DNA of 64,000 bases from IMG/VR virus record IMGVR_UViG_650377940_000003, positions 87,323 to 151,322 of that record. The stretch is one strand, 5' to 3'. This stretch comes from a virus. Its lineage: Duplodnaviria; Heunggongvirae; Uroviricota; Caudoviricetes. The notes under the pieces are model-generated. The model saw nothing but the letters and a program-made list of their open reading frames with translations, was not told the origin of the DNA and ran no database searches. The translations under genes were made by a program, and so were the position numbers. Numbering within the stretch: the first letter of the stretch is position 1; every line of letters begins with the position of its first letter. Of this stretch, positions 29,769-41,087 are shown piece by piece.

Positions 29769-30116
29769 ATGAGTAATTCGATGAATCGAGAAGACTGGCG
29801 CAGAGAGCAGCGTAAGGCACGAATCCTTGCCCGGCGAATCAAGAAGGCTGGTGGCCCCGACTTTCTGGCCGGAATGCCAGCAGAGGAATGGGAGCCAAAG
29901 ATTGGTGATGAAGTCACTATCAAGGTAAAGAGGATTCAAGGAAAGAAGGATTTCTTCAAGATGAGTTCTCAATATCAGGACTTTATCAATAGCCTTGAGG
30001 ACGGAAAACCTTACAAAATCACCAGTACCGGCATGAAGGGTCAGGTTTACGGCATTGACGCACATCCTTATTTTCAGATTTGGAAGGGTGATATGGAACC
30101 CTACAAGGAGCCCTAA
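29769..30116 (+). CDS. hypothetical protein
   Basis: ORF in overlapping-stop operon 29537-30561. Confidence 0.3.
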   Translation: MSNSMNREDWRREQRKARILARRIKKAGGPDFLAGMPAEEWEPKIGDEVTIKVKRIQGKKDFFKMSSQYQDFINSLEDGKPYKITSTGMKGQVYGIDAHPYFQIWKGDMEPYKEP

Positions 30117-30955
30117 TGAAGATGTACTTCAGGACGGACTATTATGCCGATGTTGGCATAGATGAAGTCGTTCGGCTTCAAAGAGGAATTACATACGAAG
30201 TGGTTTCAGAAACTGAATTTTTTTATTTTATCGTAACTGATAATGAATCGTTCAGAAAAATGCTAAACATTGTCATGATTCCCAAAGAAGACCTTGAAGA
30301 TGATGTATATGTCGTGACTGGTAAGAGCGAAAAACTTGAGGAAGGAGGTGGGGCGATATGATTGGTATTGACCATCGTGAGCAGGGTCGTAAGGAACGAG
30401 CCCTTGCAGAATATTACAGAACCTTGGCTAGATATCCTACTGAGTGTGGAGATCCGATTACATATCAGTTGTCAGAAGAGCAGCTTAAACAGGTTCTTTG
30501 TGGAGAGGTTACTGTTGATGAATTGATTGGAAGAGGTGAGGTAAGTGAGAGACAGGATTAAGATGTGGATCGCGTTCATTAAGATTTTTAAGGATTATCT
30601 TATTGCGGTCGGAATCATGATTGCGTTGTGGCTGCTGTCTTGCCTTATCAAGTATGGGATTTCAGTATCCAACTTCCCAGATTGGTTTAAATTTGCACTT
30701 CTAAAATAAAGGAGGATTAAATGGTAACCGATATTCTTAATAGAGAGATTCATGTTGGCGACACAGTTCTTAGAGCTAGAACTCGAAATGGTCGCGGAGT
30801 TCTTTGGAGCATTCGTAAAGTTGTCTCAATTATGAACGTAATGATTAAAGTTCAAGACGGAAAGTACACAACGAATGTTGCACCTAGGAATTGTATCGTA
30901 ATTGACGAGAGTGACATTCCTGAAAACTGGCAAGACGAATATTAAGGAGAGTTGA

Positions 30956-31672
30956 ATGACAGTTGATTTGATCGCGTATACACAGCGAGTTGTTCCTACA
31001 AGTGATAAGAATCCTTTAGATATTGTGGAGGAAGCTGCGAGTATTTGTTACAATTCTTCAATGACTGACGATTATAAGATTGCCAAGGGATGCAAGGCAA
31101 GCGGTCACTATTCTGTGCTCGAGCACATCAATTTTACGTTTTACGTCAAAGATGTAAGCCGAGCACTTCTGGCACAGATTAGTCGTCATCGACATATTAG
31201 CATGAGCTGTCGCAGTCAGCGCTATTGTAGTGAGGATGGGTTTAAGTATGTAAATCCGTTTACCGGTGAAGATGCTGATGTTTTCGATAATATGATGTCG
31301 GACATTGATACCGATTATCAGATTCTCAAGAAGTATCACAACGCCAAAAACGAAGACGCCCGTGCAGTTCTGCCAAATGCTTGCTGTACAGAGTTTTACA
31401 TTACGATGAACGCTCGTGCTTTGATTGAAATGAGCCATCTTCGACTTTGTTCTAGGGCTCAAAAAGAAATCCGCGAGATGTTTACAGAGATGAAGAGGGA
31501 AGTTGCACAGGTTTGTCCTGAAGTAGCAAGCTGGATGGTTCCTTCTTGCGAGGCTAATCCGAAGTATCCGTTCTGTCCAGAGGGTCGTGGTTGCTGTGGC
31601 CGTCATCCTCTGTTGGCAGATGTTTATAAGCCTATTGAAAAGAACAAGGAGGTCGTTGATGGAAACACTTGA
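30956..31672 (+). CDS. thyX: flavin-dependent thymidylate synthase ThyX
   Basis: ThyX signature RHRHISMSCRSQRY (RHRx7S...QRY). Confidence 0.8.
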   Translation: MTVDLIAYTQRVVPTSDKNPLDIVEEAASICYNSSMTDDYKIAKGCKASGHYSVLEHINFTFYVKDVSRALLAQISRHRHISMSCRSQRYCSEDGFKYVNPFTGEDADVFDNMMSDIDTDYQILKKYHNAKNEDARAVLPNACCTEFYITMNARALIEMSHLRLCSRAQKEIREMFTEMKREVAQVCPEVASWMVPSCEANPKYPFCPEGRGCCGRHPLLADVYKPIEKNKEVVDGNT

Positions 31673-32189
31673 CGAAATTAAAAAGAATGTCGAGCACCCA
31701 GCTCATTACGGCGGTGCAGACAATCCTTATGAAGCAATTAAAGTGCTACGGGAGTGGCAATTAGACGAGGATGCTTATCTTTGGAATGTTGGTAAGTATT
31801 TAAGCCGAGCAGGGCACAAAGATGGCAATTCTCCGCTTCAAGATTTAATGAAGGCACGTTATTATTTGGACTATAAAATCCGGCTTTTAGAGGAACAGCA
31901 GAAGATTGCCGAAAGTGTCGTAGATACGCTCAAGAAGATTCCTGATGAGGCAAATGATAAGCTGGCTACGATGCCGAAAAAAGACAGCCAAGGAAATTTT
32001 TACGATCCTAGACTTAATTGTTGGGTAAACGATTGTGTTTATCGTCCAAACGCATACGAGCAGAACATCGAAACTGCCGTGGTTCCGAGTGTTCATAATG
32101 ATGCTATGTCTCCGAATAACAAAGGAGTTAATAAGGTTGACCATTCGATGCTGAACTCTAAAGTCCATGTCGATGAAGTCAAGTTTTAA
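31659..32189 (+). CDS. DUF3310-like phage protein
   Basis: HPAHYGG...YEAIKV...LSRAGHK...DLMKARYYL pattern; start overlaps thyX stop. Confidence 0.4.
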   Translation: METLDEIKKNVEHPAHYGGADNPYEAIKVLREWQLDEDAYLWNVGKYLSRAGHKDGNSPLQDLMKARYYLDYKIRLLEEQQKIAESVVDTLKKIPDEANDKLATMPKKDSQGNFYDPRLNCWVNDCVYRPNAYEQNIETAVVPSVHNDAMSPNNKGVNKVDHSMLNSKVHVDEVKF

Positions 32190-32202
32190 GAGGTTTACAT
32201 AA

Positions 32203-32760
32203 ATGAGATACAACTGGAAGTTACCTATTATCGTTATTTGTGTCGTGTTAATTTCCATTCTTGGCATGACCTTTATTGTGCAGGGACCTAAGAACACGGC
32301 CATCTCTTATGAAGAGCAGATTCAGGAAGCTAAGTCTGGCATTGGGAATCAGGAGAAGCGCAGAGCTGATCTGATTCCAAATCTGGTTGAAACCGTCAAG
32401 GCTTATGACCAACATGAGTATCAGACTTTGATGGATGTTGTGAATGCTCGTGGCACTTCCGGCCAGACCGCTCAAGAGATTACGACTCAGATTGCAGCTA
32501 TTGCGGAAGCATATCCTGAACTGAAGTCTAGCGACAACTACAAGGAGCTTATGAATGAGCTATCCGTCACTGAAAATTTGATTGCAAACTATCGTGGCGA
32601 TTACAATCGTGTCGTGAAGGAATATAAGCAGAGCGTTCGTAAGTTTCCGAACTCATTTCTGCTTGGTCTGACTGGATATGAGGTTCAGAATTATGAGTAT
32701 CTGTCCTATGAGGGGAATGAGGCGGCACCGGCAGTCGGTAACCTTTTTGGAAATCGGTAA
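32203..32760 (+). CDS. LemA-family membrane protein
   Basis: N-terminal TM then RADLIPNLVETVKAYDQHEYQTLMDVVNAR LemA signature. Confidence 0.65.
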   Translation: MRYNWKLPIIVICVVLISILGMTFIVQGPKNTAISYEEQIQEAKSGIGNQEKRRADLIPNLVETVKAYDQHEYQTLMDVVNARGTSGQTAQEITTQIAAIAEAYPELKSSDNYKELMNELSVTENLIANYRGDYNRVVKEYKQSVRKFPNSFLLGLTGYEVQNYEYLSYEGNEAAPAVGNLFGNR

Positions 32761-32782
32761 TGCCGAAATTACTTATCGTGAA

Positions 32783-33484
32783 TTGATCGTCAGTGTTGGT
32801 ATTGTGTTCATTATGCTGATACTTGGTAGCGTTATCGCTGGAAATATCACCAGAGATTCACTTGAGCAGAAAAAAGAATATAATACAGCAATTTCGATTG
32901 AGTCCGAAAATATGTTCGATTATGGAATGAGAACCAACGTAGGTAATGCGTTTTGCCAAGGCGCACTAGAAGCAGTAGATACCGTAAGCGATCCACGTAT
33001 CGACGGCCAGTGGATGTACATCTATTGCGAAGAAAAGCACTATACGATGCATACACGAACTGTCACTACTACGGATGGTAAAGGCCATACAAGAACAAGA
33101 GTCGAAACGTACTGGACTTGGGACTATTACAGCTCAGAAGAGCACAGTTCCAAAAATGTAACGTTTCTGGGAAAAGAATTTAAGTATGGTGACATCAAAA
33201 TGCCATCCAGCAAGTACCTGACCACTGTACAAGTCAGTTCTCATGTAAAGTTCGAGTTTTATGTCAAAGATGTTCGTTATGGTGGTACATTATACGCGAA
33301 TTTGAGCGATAAAAGTATACATGATGCACAATTCATTAAGGATAAAAACATCGAAGAAGCACGAGATTATATGATTTCTGCAGCTGGTACACGAGTGATT
33401 TGGTTTTGGGTATTCTGGGTCGTATTGATGGTAGTTGCGGTTGGAGCTTTCTATGTGGCAGAAAATCGTTGGTTGGAAGATTAA
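32783..33484 (+). CDS. membrane protein partner of LemA (two terminal TM segments)
   Basis: Hydrophobic N- and C-termini; start codon uncertain (TTG 32783 or downstream ATG). Confidence 0.3.
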   Translation: MIVSVGIVFIMLILGSVIAGNITRDSLEQKKEYNTAISIESENMFDYGMRTNVGNAFCQGALEAVDTVSDPRIDGQWMYIYCEEKHYTMHTRTVTTTDGKGHTRTRVETYWTWDYYSSEEHSSKNVTFLGKEFKYGDIKMPSSKYLTTVQVSSHVKFEFYVKDVRYGGTLYANLSDKSIHDAQFIKDKNIEEARDYMISAAGTRVIWFWVFWVVLMVVAVGAFYVAENRWLED

Positions 33485-33495
33485 GGAGTGATTGC

Positions 33496-35691
33496 ATGGA
33501 ATATGTGATTAAACGCGATGGAACGAAAGTTCCTTTTGATAAAAGTAAGATTGTAAATGCGATTGAGAAGGCAATGACGAATACGACTGGAGGAGTTGAT
33601 TCTCGCGTATCTAACGCTATTGCAGACTACATCGCGGACATCCATGATACGATGTCTGTAGAGCAGATTCAGGATGTGGTTATTGACCAGTTGAAAAATA
33701 GCCCTCTTTCGGATGTGGCTGACGCTTATAGTCACTGGCGTATTCTTCGGCAGGAGATTCGTGAGAAACAGCGAGCGTATGGCGAAATTCTTTCCATCTG
33801 TGATGTAGACAATGAGAAGGTCAAGCAGGAAAACAGCAACAAAAATCCTGTTGTGAATAGCGTGCAGCGTGACTATATGGCTGGCGAGGTTTCCAAAGAT
33901 CTGAGCTTCAATCTGCTTCTCCCGAAAGATATTGTGGACGCTCACTATGATGGCCGAATTCATTTTCACGATTCCGACTATTTTGCCCAGCACATGTTTA
34001 ACTGCTCGCTAGTCAATCTGGAAGACATGCTTCAAAACGGCACTGTGATTTCTGGCACTGGAATCGACAAACCACATAGTTTCTCTACAGCGTGCAATAT
34101 TGCAACCCAGATTATTGCACAGGTTGCTTCCAACCAATATGGTGGTCAGAGTATTACTCTGTCTCATTTGGCTCCTTTCGTGGACGTCTCTCGAAAGAAG
34201 ATTACGGGTGAAGTCCATGAGGAGTTTTACGACATGATTCAAAACAATGAGATTGACAAGATGCCAAATCAGGAGACTATCAATCGAATTGTAGAGAAGC
34301 GTTTACATAAAGAAATCGTTGCAGGCGTTCAGACTATTCAGTATCAGGTTATTACTTTGATGACCACTAACGGGCAAGCTCCTTTTATTACTATTTTTAT
34401 GTATCTGGATGAAGTTCCTGAAGGCCAGACCCGTGATGACCTTGCAATTATCATTGAAGAAGTCCTTCGTCAGCGTATTAAAGGCGTGAAGAATGAGACT
34501 GGTGCATGGATTACTCCGGCTTTCCCAAAGCTGATTTATGTGCTGGAAGAAGATAACATTCGAGATAATTCTAAGTATTACTATCTGACTGAACTGGCAG
34601 CTAAATGTACGGCCAAGAGATTTGTACCTGACTACATTTCTGAGAAGAAGATGTTGGAGTACAAAGGTGCTTGCTACCCCTGTATGGGATGTCGCAGCTT
34701 CTTGACTCCTGATCGAACCACCGAGAATGTTTCTGGTGCCATGAATTGGGAGAAGGGCCACAAGTACTATGGTCGCTTTAATGCCGGTGTTGTCACCATC
34801 AATCTGGTAGATGTTGCTTGTAGCTCTAAGAAGGATGTTTCTGAGTTTTGGGAAATTTTTGATGAGCGTCTTGAACTGTGCCATCGAGCACTTCAGATTC
34901 GGTATAAGCGATTGATGGGTACGCCTTCTGATGTGAGTCCAATTCATTTTCAGCATGGTGCAATCGCACGTTTGAAGAAGGGCGAGAAGATTGATAAATT
35001 GCTGTTTGACGGATATGCAACCATCAGTTTAGGTTACGCAGGTCTGTATGAATGCGTAAAGTACATGACCGGTAAGAGCCATACCGATGATGAAGCAAAA
35101 CCTTTTGCTCTTGAGATTATGCAGCACATGAACGACAAGTGCAGTGAGTGGAAGGCAGCAGAAAATATTGATTATAGTCTTTACGGCACCCCGCTGGAAT
35201 CCACCACCTACAAGTTTGCCAAGTGCCTGCAAAAGCGCTTTGGCATCATTCCAGATGTAACAGACCATGATTACATCACCAACAGTTATCATGTCGTGGT
35301 TCGTGAGCATATTGATGCATTCAAGAAGCTGAAGTTTGAGTCTGAGTTTCAGCAGCTGTCTCCAGGAGGAGCGATTTCTTATATTGAATGCCCGAACATG
35401 ACCAACAACATCCCCGCTGTGATGAGTGTCATCAAATACATCTACGACACTATTATCTACGCAGAGCTGAACATCAAGTCTGATTATTGTCAGGTTTGTG
35501 GTTATGACGGCGAGATTAAGATTGTTGAAGATAACGGCAAGCTCGTTTGGGAATGCCCGAACTGTGGTAATCGTGACCAGAATAAACTGAATGTCGCCCG
35601 TCGCACCTGCGGATTTATTGGCACTCAGTTCTGGAATCAGGGTCGCACTCAGGAAATTCGAGATCGAGTAGTTCACCTGAGCGATAACTAA
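33496..35691 (+). CDS. nrdD: anaerobic ribonucleoside-triphosphate reductase NrdD (class III RNR)
   Basis: ATP-cone start MEYVIKRDGTKVPFD; C-terminal zinc ribbon CQVCGY..CPNCG and glycyl-radical motif RRTCGFIG. Confidence 0.85.
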   Translation: MEYVIKRDGTKVPFDKSKIVNAIEKAMTNTTGGVDSRVSNAIADYIADIHDTMSVEQIQDVVIDQLKNSPLSDVADAYSHWRILRQEIREKQRAYGEILSICDVDNEKVKQENSNKNPVVNSVQRDYMAGEVSKDLSFNLLLPKDIVDAHYDGRIHFHDSDYFAQHMFNCSLVNLEDMLQNGTVISGTGIDKPHSFSTACNIATQIIAQVASNQYGGQSITLSHLAPFVDVSRKKITGEVHEEFYDMIQNNEIDKMPNQETINRIVEKRLHKEIVAGVQTIQYQVITLMTTNGQAPFITIFMYLDEVPEGQTRDDLAIIIEEVLRQRIKGVKNETGAWITPAFPKLIYVLEEDNIRDNSKYYYLTELAAKCTAKRFVPDYISEKKMLEYKGACYPCMGCRSFLTPDRTTENVSGAMNWEKGHKYYGRFNAGVVTINLVDVACSSKKDVSEFWEIFDERLELCHRALQIRYKRLMGTPSDVSPIHFQHGAIARLKKGEKIDKLLFDGYATISLGYAGLYECVKYMTGKSHTDDEAKPFALEIMQHMNDKCSEWKAAENIDYSLYGTPLESTTYKFAKCLQKRFGIIPDVTDHDYITNSYHVVVREHIDAFKKLKFESEFQQLSPGGAISYIECPNMTNNIPAVMSVIKYIYDTIIYAELNIKSDYCQVCGYDGEIKIVEDNGKLVWECPNCGNRDQNKLNVARRTCGFIGTQFWNQGRTQEIRDRVVHLSDN

Positions 35692-35705
35692 ACAAAGGAT
35701 GAAAT

Positions 35706-36038
35706 ATGGATACTACACAACAGATTTTAGAGCGAGATTGGGATAATGGTTTTGTTAAAAAGATGCAGAATCGTATTTTGGTATCTCATTATAAATATGG
35801 TTGGATGAATCAAACATATCCAGACTTGGCTCAAGCTGTAAAGGAAATTTATCCAAGAGTCAAAAAGTATTTAGAGACAGGAAATACAGAATGGCTCATT
35901 GATGCTGCTAATTTTGCAATGATTGAGTATTTGCATCCTAGTGTTGTTGGAGCGCATTTCAAAGGAACGGATAGCGAAGAGTCTCCGGGACTGACAAGTG
36001 GAATCAGCTACAAAGAACTCGAAGAGAGTATGAAGTAA
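35706..36038 (+). CDS. hypothetical protein
   Basis: ORF with RBS AAGGATGAAATATG. Confidence 0.3.
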   Translation: MDTTQQILERDWDNGFVKKMQNRILVSHYKYGWMNQTYPDLAQAVKEIYPRVKKYLETGNTEWLIDAANFAMIEYLHPSVVGAHFKGTDSEESPGLTSGISYKELEESMK

Positions 36039-36162
36039 AATTTGAATATAAGTGGTGGGTTGGTGGGATTATTTATGAAAGAAATCATTGTTTTCTTTGT
36101 GATTGTATGGGTTATCTCCTATTACATTCTAAAAGACAACTATAAAGATTAAGGAGATACTT

Positions 36163-37014
36163 ATGAAAAAGTTTATGGCAATTTTCGTTGCATTCCTCAT
36201 TGCAGTTGGTGCAGTGCTTTGCACCGAGCGAGTACATACTGGTTATGTTGGTGTTATTTATTCCGCAAAGGGTGTTGAACAGCAGACTATCTCTCAGGGC
36301 TGGCATTTTATGAGTCCTCTGAAGCATGTGTCTGAGTTTCCGATTACTCAGCAGCGAGTGGTATTTTCTAATGCTCCGTCCGATTATGGCGCAAAGGAAC
36401 ACGCAGACTGGCATATCGACGCTCCTGCAAATGGCGGTACGATTGCAATCAACCTGACCGTCAATTATAACTTCCTGCCGGAGCATGTTGTTGAACTGTA
36501 TACCAAGTTTGGCGGCATGGACGGCGAGAGCCTGATGGAGAGTAAGATCCAGAACGATATTATTGCTTATGTCAAGGAAGTTACTCCTCAGTTCAGTGTT
36601 ATGCAGATTTATTCCGATGATCGTGCAGGTGTCAATACTGCAATCACCGACTATTTGAATGAGAAGCTGACCGCAGAATATGGAATCAATGTCTCTTCCG
36701 CACTGATTGTTGACGCACAGCCTGACGATACCCTAATGCAGAAGATTCGTGCCAAGGAGCAGGCAAAGCAGGATGCAGAGATTGCAGAACTGAATAAGCA
36801 GACTGCTCTGGCTCAGGCAGAGACTGATAAGGTTAAGGCACAGACGGAAGCCGATGTTAAGATGATTGAAGCACAGGCCGAGGCTGATGCAAATAAGGTG
36901 CTTTCCGAGTCTATTACTCCTGAGCTAATTCAGATGAAGGAAGCAGAAGCTCGTCTGAAGCATGGTTGGGTTACCGTACAGGGTGCAGATACTGTCGTTA
37001 CCAAGGGTGAATAA
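36163..37014 (+). CDS. SPFH/band-7 domain membrane protein
   Basis: N-terminal TM, GYVGVIY....GWHF..P SPFH start, coiled-coil AQ-rich C-terminus. Confidence 0.55.
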   Translation: MKKFMAIFVAFLIAVGAVLCTERVHTGYVGVIYSAKGVEQQTISQGWHFMSPLKHVSEFPITQQRVVFSNAPSDYGAKEHADWHIDAPANGGTIAINLTVNYNFLPEHVVELYTKFGGMDGESLMESKIQNDIIAYVKEVTPQFSVMQIYSDDRAGVNTAITDYLNEKLTAEYGINVSSALIVDAQPDDTLMQKIRAKEQAKQDAEIAELNKQTALAQAETDKVKAQTEADVKMIEAQAEADANKVLSESITPELIQMKEAEARLKHGWVTVQGADTVVTKGE

Positions 37015-37432
37015 GTAATACATTATTGAAAAAATAAGAACAGGGTGGGTTGGTGGGACTATGAGGTTAATATTATATGGTTTACGGAATTAAAGATGCT
37101 CCGCGTGATAAGTATCTGTGGTGTACTGGATATCGTTTCGACAAAACTAAGGCAGGTATTAACTGCAAGCCTTGTTATGGAAAAATCAAGGATAAGGATG
37201 ATGGTAATAGTATTTTTACTGTAATGGGCAAAAAAGACATTACTGTTCTGCAAAATGGTAAGAGCCGTGGATACTCTTTCTCTGACGATTACGAAGACGC
37301 CGTTCGTACATTTAATATTGCGGTTATTATTTATGAAACCGAATACGAAGATAAACTTAACAAAATCAAGAGTGCAAAAATTGAGGTAAAGAAGTAAACG
37401 AGGCTTTATAAAATGAAAATTTTTGAAAGAAG

Positions 37433-37660
37433 GTGATTAACATAAACGCATGGAAGAAATTCTTTAAGGCACTTGGTTCTTTTCTTGGAATCATTCTGAT
37501 TTTTGTGGCTACATATTTTATCTCGTGGATTACCACGATCGGTATTATCTGGCTGATTTTTAAGCTGCTGAATATTATGTTTACCATCAAAGTAGCAACC
37601 GGTATCTGGCTGATACTGATTTTGCTTGAATGTTTTATCAAAGGTAGCCGAGGTAAATAA
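37433..37660 (+). CDS. small two-TM membrane protein (possible NfeD-like partner)
   Basis: Highly hydrophobic 75 aa; GTG start with GAAAGAAGG RBS. Confidence 0.3.
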   Translation: MININAWKKFFKALGSFLGIILIFVATYFISWITTIGIIWLIFKLLNIMFTIKVATGIWLILILLECFIKGSRGK

Positions 37661-39214
37661 ATAAACTAGTAGGGTGGGTGTGGTGGCATGAAAGGAGCTA
37701 TATGGATTATTGGTCTGTTGAAGTAATGTATTACGATGATGGGAATCAGGCATTCAATACATATATGGTAAAGGCGCAGGATCAGAATGACGCTATGAAT
37801 AAGGCACATCATCGCTTTGAGAAGGCGCATCCTAACATGAACTGCATGATTCACAACGCAGAAAAGGCAGGTGGCTGAGGTGGAAGACGATAGCGTTATC
37901 TATGAAAACATCAATTCCAAAGACGATGATGAAAAATTTGTTCTAGCGCCTTGGGGTTGCCTTAATTGTGCATTCAAGGATTTCGGTTTAAAACTTCCTA
38001 AAATCTCCAGAAAGATGGCAGAAGCTTTAATGGATGATTTCTTTGAAATTATGGAAATGTCCGGCATTATAGAGAGGGAAAATGAACCTTGATAAAAGTG
38101 CCGTTTTATCGTAAAATTCTATCAAATTTATAACGTAGATACGTTAAATAACAGGAGACAAAATGAAGAAGTGGACAGAAAAGCTGCTTGAAGCTGAAGG
38201 ATACGAGATCCGAAATGCACAAATCAAGAATGTTAGCCTTAACATGGCCGATCATGGAGTTTTGACTTCTGATTTGACGTTGGATGGTCATGGATGGGGC
38301 GTTTGCTATGGAGGATATGTTCTTGGTAAAGGATATGTAGGAGCAAAAACTTTCAAAGGATATGCTTCTGGTATGGAAGCCATCATGCGAATCATGGACA
38401 CTGTTGGCTGCGATAAGTACGAGAACATGAAAGACAAGTATATCCGTGTGGCAACTAAAGGCTGGGGTAGTACAGTAAAAATTATCGGCAATATTCTTGA
38501 GGATAAGTGGTTTGATTATGAATCTTTCTTTGATGATATGAAAAACGACACTGCCGATGATAAGGGTACTGAGGTAATATGGAGAAGAAATACGTAAAAA
38601 TCTTTAAATGCCGTGGATGCAATCGCGATATCATTAAAAATGATGTTGATTTATCTATTGCTGAGAAATGGACTCTTTCAGGAATGTTTCAAGATGGGTG
38701 TAAACCCGTTGAAGTGTCTGGCGGGTCTAGGCTTTCTGGACAGAACAAATTCCTGCTTCATCGGTGTGATCCAGAGAAGCTTTGTATTTGTGATTTCATT
38801 GGATGGAAAGAAATCGAGGCTAAAAATGATTAACAATCCTTTTGCAGAAAAAGGTATTATTGCCTGCCAGTGCTGTGACAGTGGTGAATATCTCTTTAAT
38901 GAAGATGGTAACCGTAATGGTTACTGTGGTAACTGCGGAGCTAGAATCGACTGGCCGGAGGACGAAGACGGTTGGAAGAGTACAAATACTGACCTGCCAA
39001 AATATGGAGTGCTGTGCAAGATTAAATATAAAGATGGTCGAGAGGATACGGCTGTTTTAAGTTCTTGTGTTGGATGGCATACTGAAGGCATACTTAATAC
39101 TCTCAAAGAGCCGGATTATTGGCGATACATAATTGAGGAAGAGAAGAATGGGGCTTAAAGAACACAAAACCGGATGCGCTTTCTAAAATTCCGCTTTTAA
39201 CAGAAAGGAAAAGT

Positions 39215-39523
39215 ATGTTTAAGACTTTCAAAAATACTGCCGTATGCGTACTTCTAGCAGCGATTATACTGACTGGATGCAGTACAAGTGTGAAAAACTC
39301 AGTAGGGAATGTAGCCAAAGAGAATGACTGGTTCTATCGTATTGGTGACACTCCTGTGGTGTACGACAAGGATACACACGTTATGTATTACTTGTTCAGT
39401 AAAAGTGGAGGCAACCATGCTTACGGCTACATGTCTCCTTATTATAATGAGCACGGTCAGATGTGCTACTACGTTGATGGTCAGGTTATTCCAATCGAGG
39501 AGGTGCTAATCGATGTTAACTGA
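39215..39523 (+). CDS. lipoprotein
   Basis: Signal peptide with lipobox LTGC. Confidence 0.4.
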   Translation: MFKTFKNTAVCVLLAAIILTGCSTSVKNSVGNVAKENDWFYRIGDTPVVYDKDTHVMYYLFSKSGGNHAYGYMSPYYNEHGQMCYYVDGQVIPIEEVLIDVN

Positions 39524-39994
39524 GATTGCTTGGCTCATGACCAAAGCTTATATTATTTTGATTTTCGCCGCAGCTGTGATTCGCTCTGAACAGATTCTGT
39601 ATGATACCTCTACATACATTTTTCGAGGCGACAAGATGAATGTAATGTATGGTTGCGTCGCACTGAATGTTTTTATTATCGTTTGTGCAAGCATGTGGAC
39701 GAAGGTGATTTGAGATGAGACCTATTGATGCAGACATGGTTATTCCTGCCATTTATAATAAAGGACTTCATTTAAAATATGAGCAAATCTCAGATATGTC
39801 TGACGCAATTAAATCTATTCCAACGCTTGATTTAGAAAATCTTCAAAAAGTAGATTATCATTGTTATACCGATTGGTATAAAAGTTCTTTTTGGAAATGC
39901 AATATATGCGGTGGAGAAATTAAAGGTTTTGAGGACCCTGAACTTATGGGATATAGTTTTTGCCCATATTGTGGATTAAAACCGAGGTGGATAA

Positions 39995-40552
39995 ATGAAT
40001 TACATGAAAGTTGTTCCTTGTGATATTGCGAATGGGCCAGGCGTAAGAGTCACGTTATTCTGCGCGGGGTGCAATCACCATTGCCCCGGTTGCCAGAATC
40101 CTACTACATGGGACCCGAATGGTGGTCAGCCATTCACAGATAAAACGCTTGATAAAATTGTAGATTTACTTCGACCTGATTATATTCAGGGGCTGACGCT
40201 CACTGGTGGAGACCCACTGTATCAAGAGAACAGGGAGATGATTTGCAAAATTCTAATAAGAGTCAGACACGAGTTTGAAGGAAGCAAAGACATTTGGATG
40301 TGGACTGGATATACATGGGAAGAATTGATTCAACAGGCGGCAGAAGAATTGAAATATCAAACTATTCCGACAACGGTAACAATTATTCGAAACATAAACG
40401 TGCTAGTCGATGGCCCATATATTGAATCCAAACGAGATATCTCTTTGCCGTACATGGGGAGTTCCAATCAACGTGTAATCGGCTGTAATAAGAGTTTTGC
40501 TTTACGAAGACCAGTCCTTTGGTGGACTCCAGAAGAGAAGAAAGGAAAATAA
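39995..40552 (+). CDS. nrdG: anaerobic RNR activating protein NrdG (radical SAM)
   Basis: CAGCNHHCPGC radical-SAM cysteine cluster; GLTLTGGDPL. Confidence 0.8.
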   Translation: MNYMKVVPCDIANGPGVRVTLFCAGCNHHCPGCQNPTTWDPNGGQPFTDKTLDKIVDLLRPDYIQGLTLTGGDPLYQENREMICKILIRVRHEFEGSKDIWMWTGYTWEELIQQAAEELKYQTIPTTVTIIRNINVLVDGPYIESKRDISLPYMGSSNQRVIGCNKSFALRRPVLWWTPEEKKGK

Positions 40553-40553
40553 T

Positions 40554-41087
40554 ATGGATTTAGGAAACGCAACTACTAATCTTGGCTATGGCATGAGTCG
40601 GATGCCGTATCGCCCCAGCATTAAAATCAACAAATTGCACGACGATGCTCATCTGCCGACTTATGGTTCTGCAAATGCTGCTTGTGCAGACCTGTACGCC
40701 TATATCGGTTTTGATGACGCAACGATGGTAAACAAGAATGGTGATCGCTGCATTATGATTCAGCCGCATGAGACCGTTAAGGTACATACTGGTTTACGGA
40801 TGGCTCCGCCGGAAGGTTGGTATGTCGCTATCTATGCTCGCAGCGGTCTAGCAACCAAGCATGGTTTAGCCCCTGCAAATAAAACAGGGATTTGCGATCA
40901 GGATTATCGTGGAGAATATATTGTGGCACTACATAATCATTCTAACATCCCGCAGATGATTACTCATGGTGACCGCATTGCTCAGATGGCAGTTGTTCCG
41001 TTCTGGCAGGCTGATTTTGAAGAAGTTTCCGAATTGGACGAAACTGAGCGTGGAGCCGGTGGGTTTGGATCTACTGGTAAACAGTAA
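40554..41087 (+). CDS. dut: dUTP diphosphatase (trimeric Dut)
   Basis: Motifs AACADLYA, RSGLATKHGL, GICDQDYRGE, C-terminal ERGAGGFGSTG. Confidence 0.8.
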   Translation: MDLGNATTNLGYGMSRMPYRPSIKINKLHDDAHLPTYGSANAACADLYAYIGFDDATMVNKNGDRCIMIQPHETVKVHTGLRMAPPEGWYVAIYARSGLATKHGLAPANKTGICDQDYRGEYIVALHNHSNIPQMITHGDRIAQMAVVPFWQADFEEVSELDETERGAGGFGSTGKQ

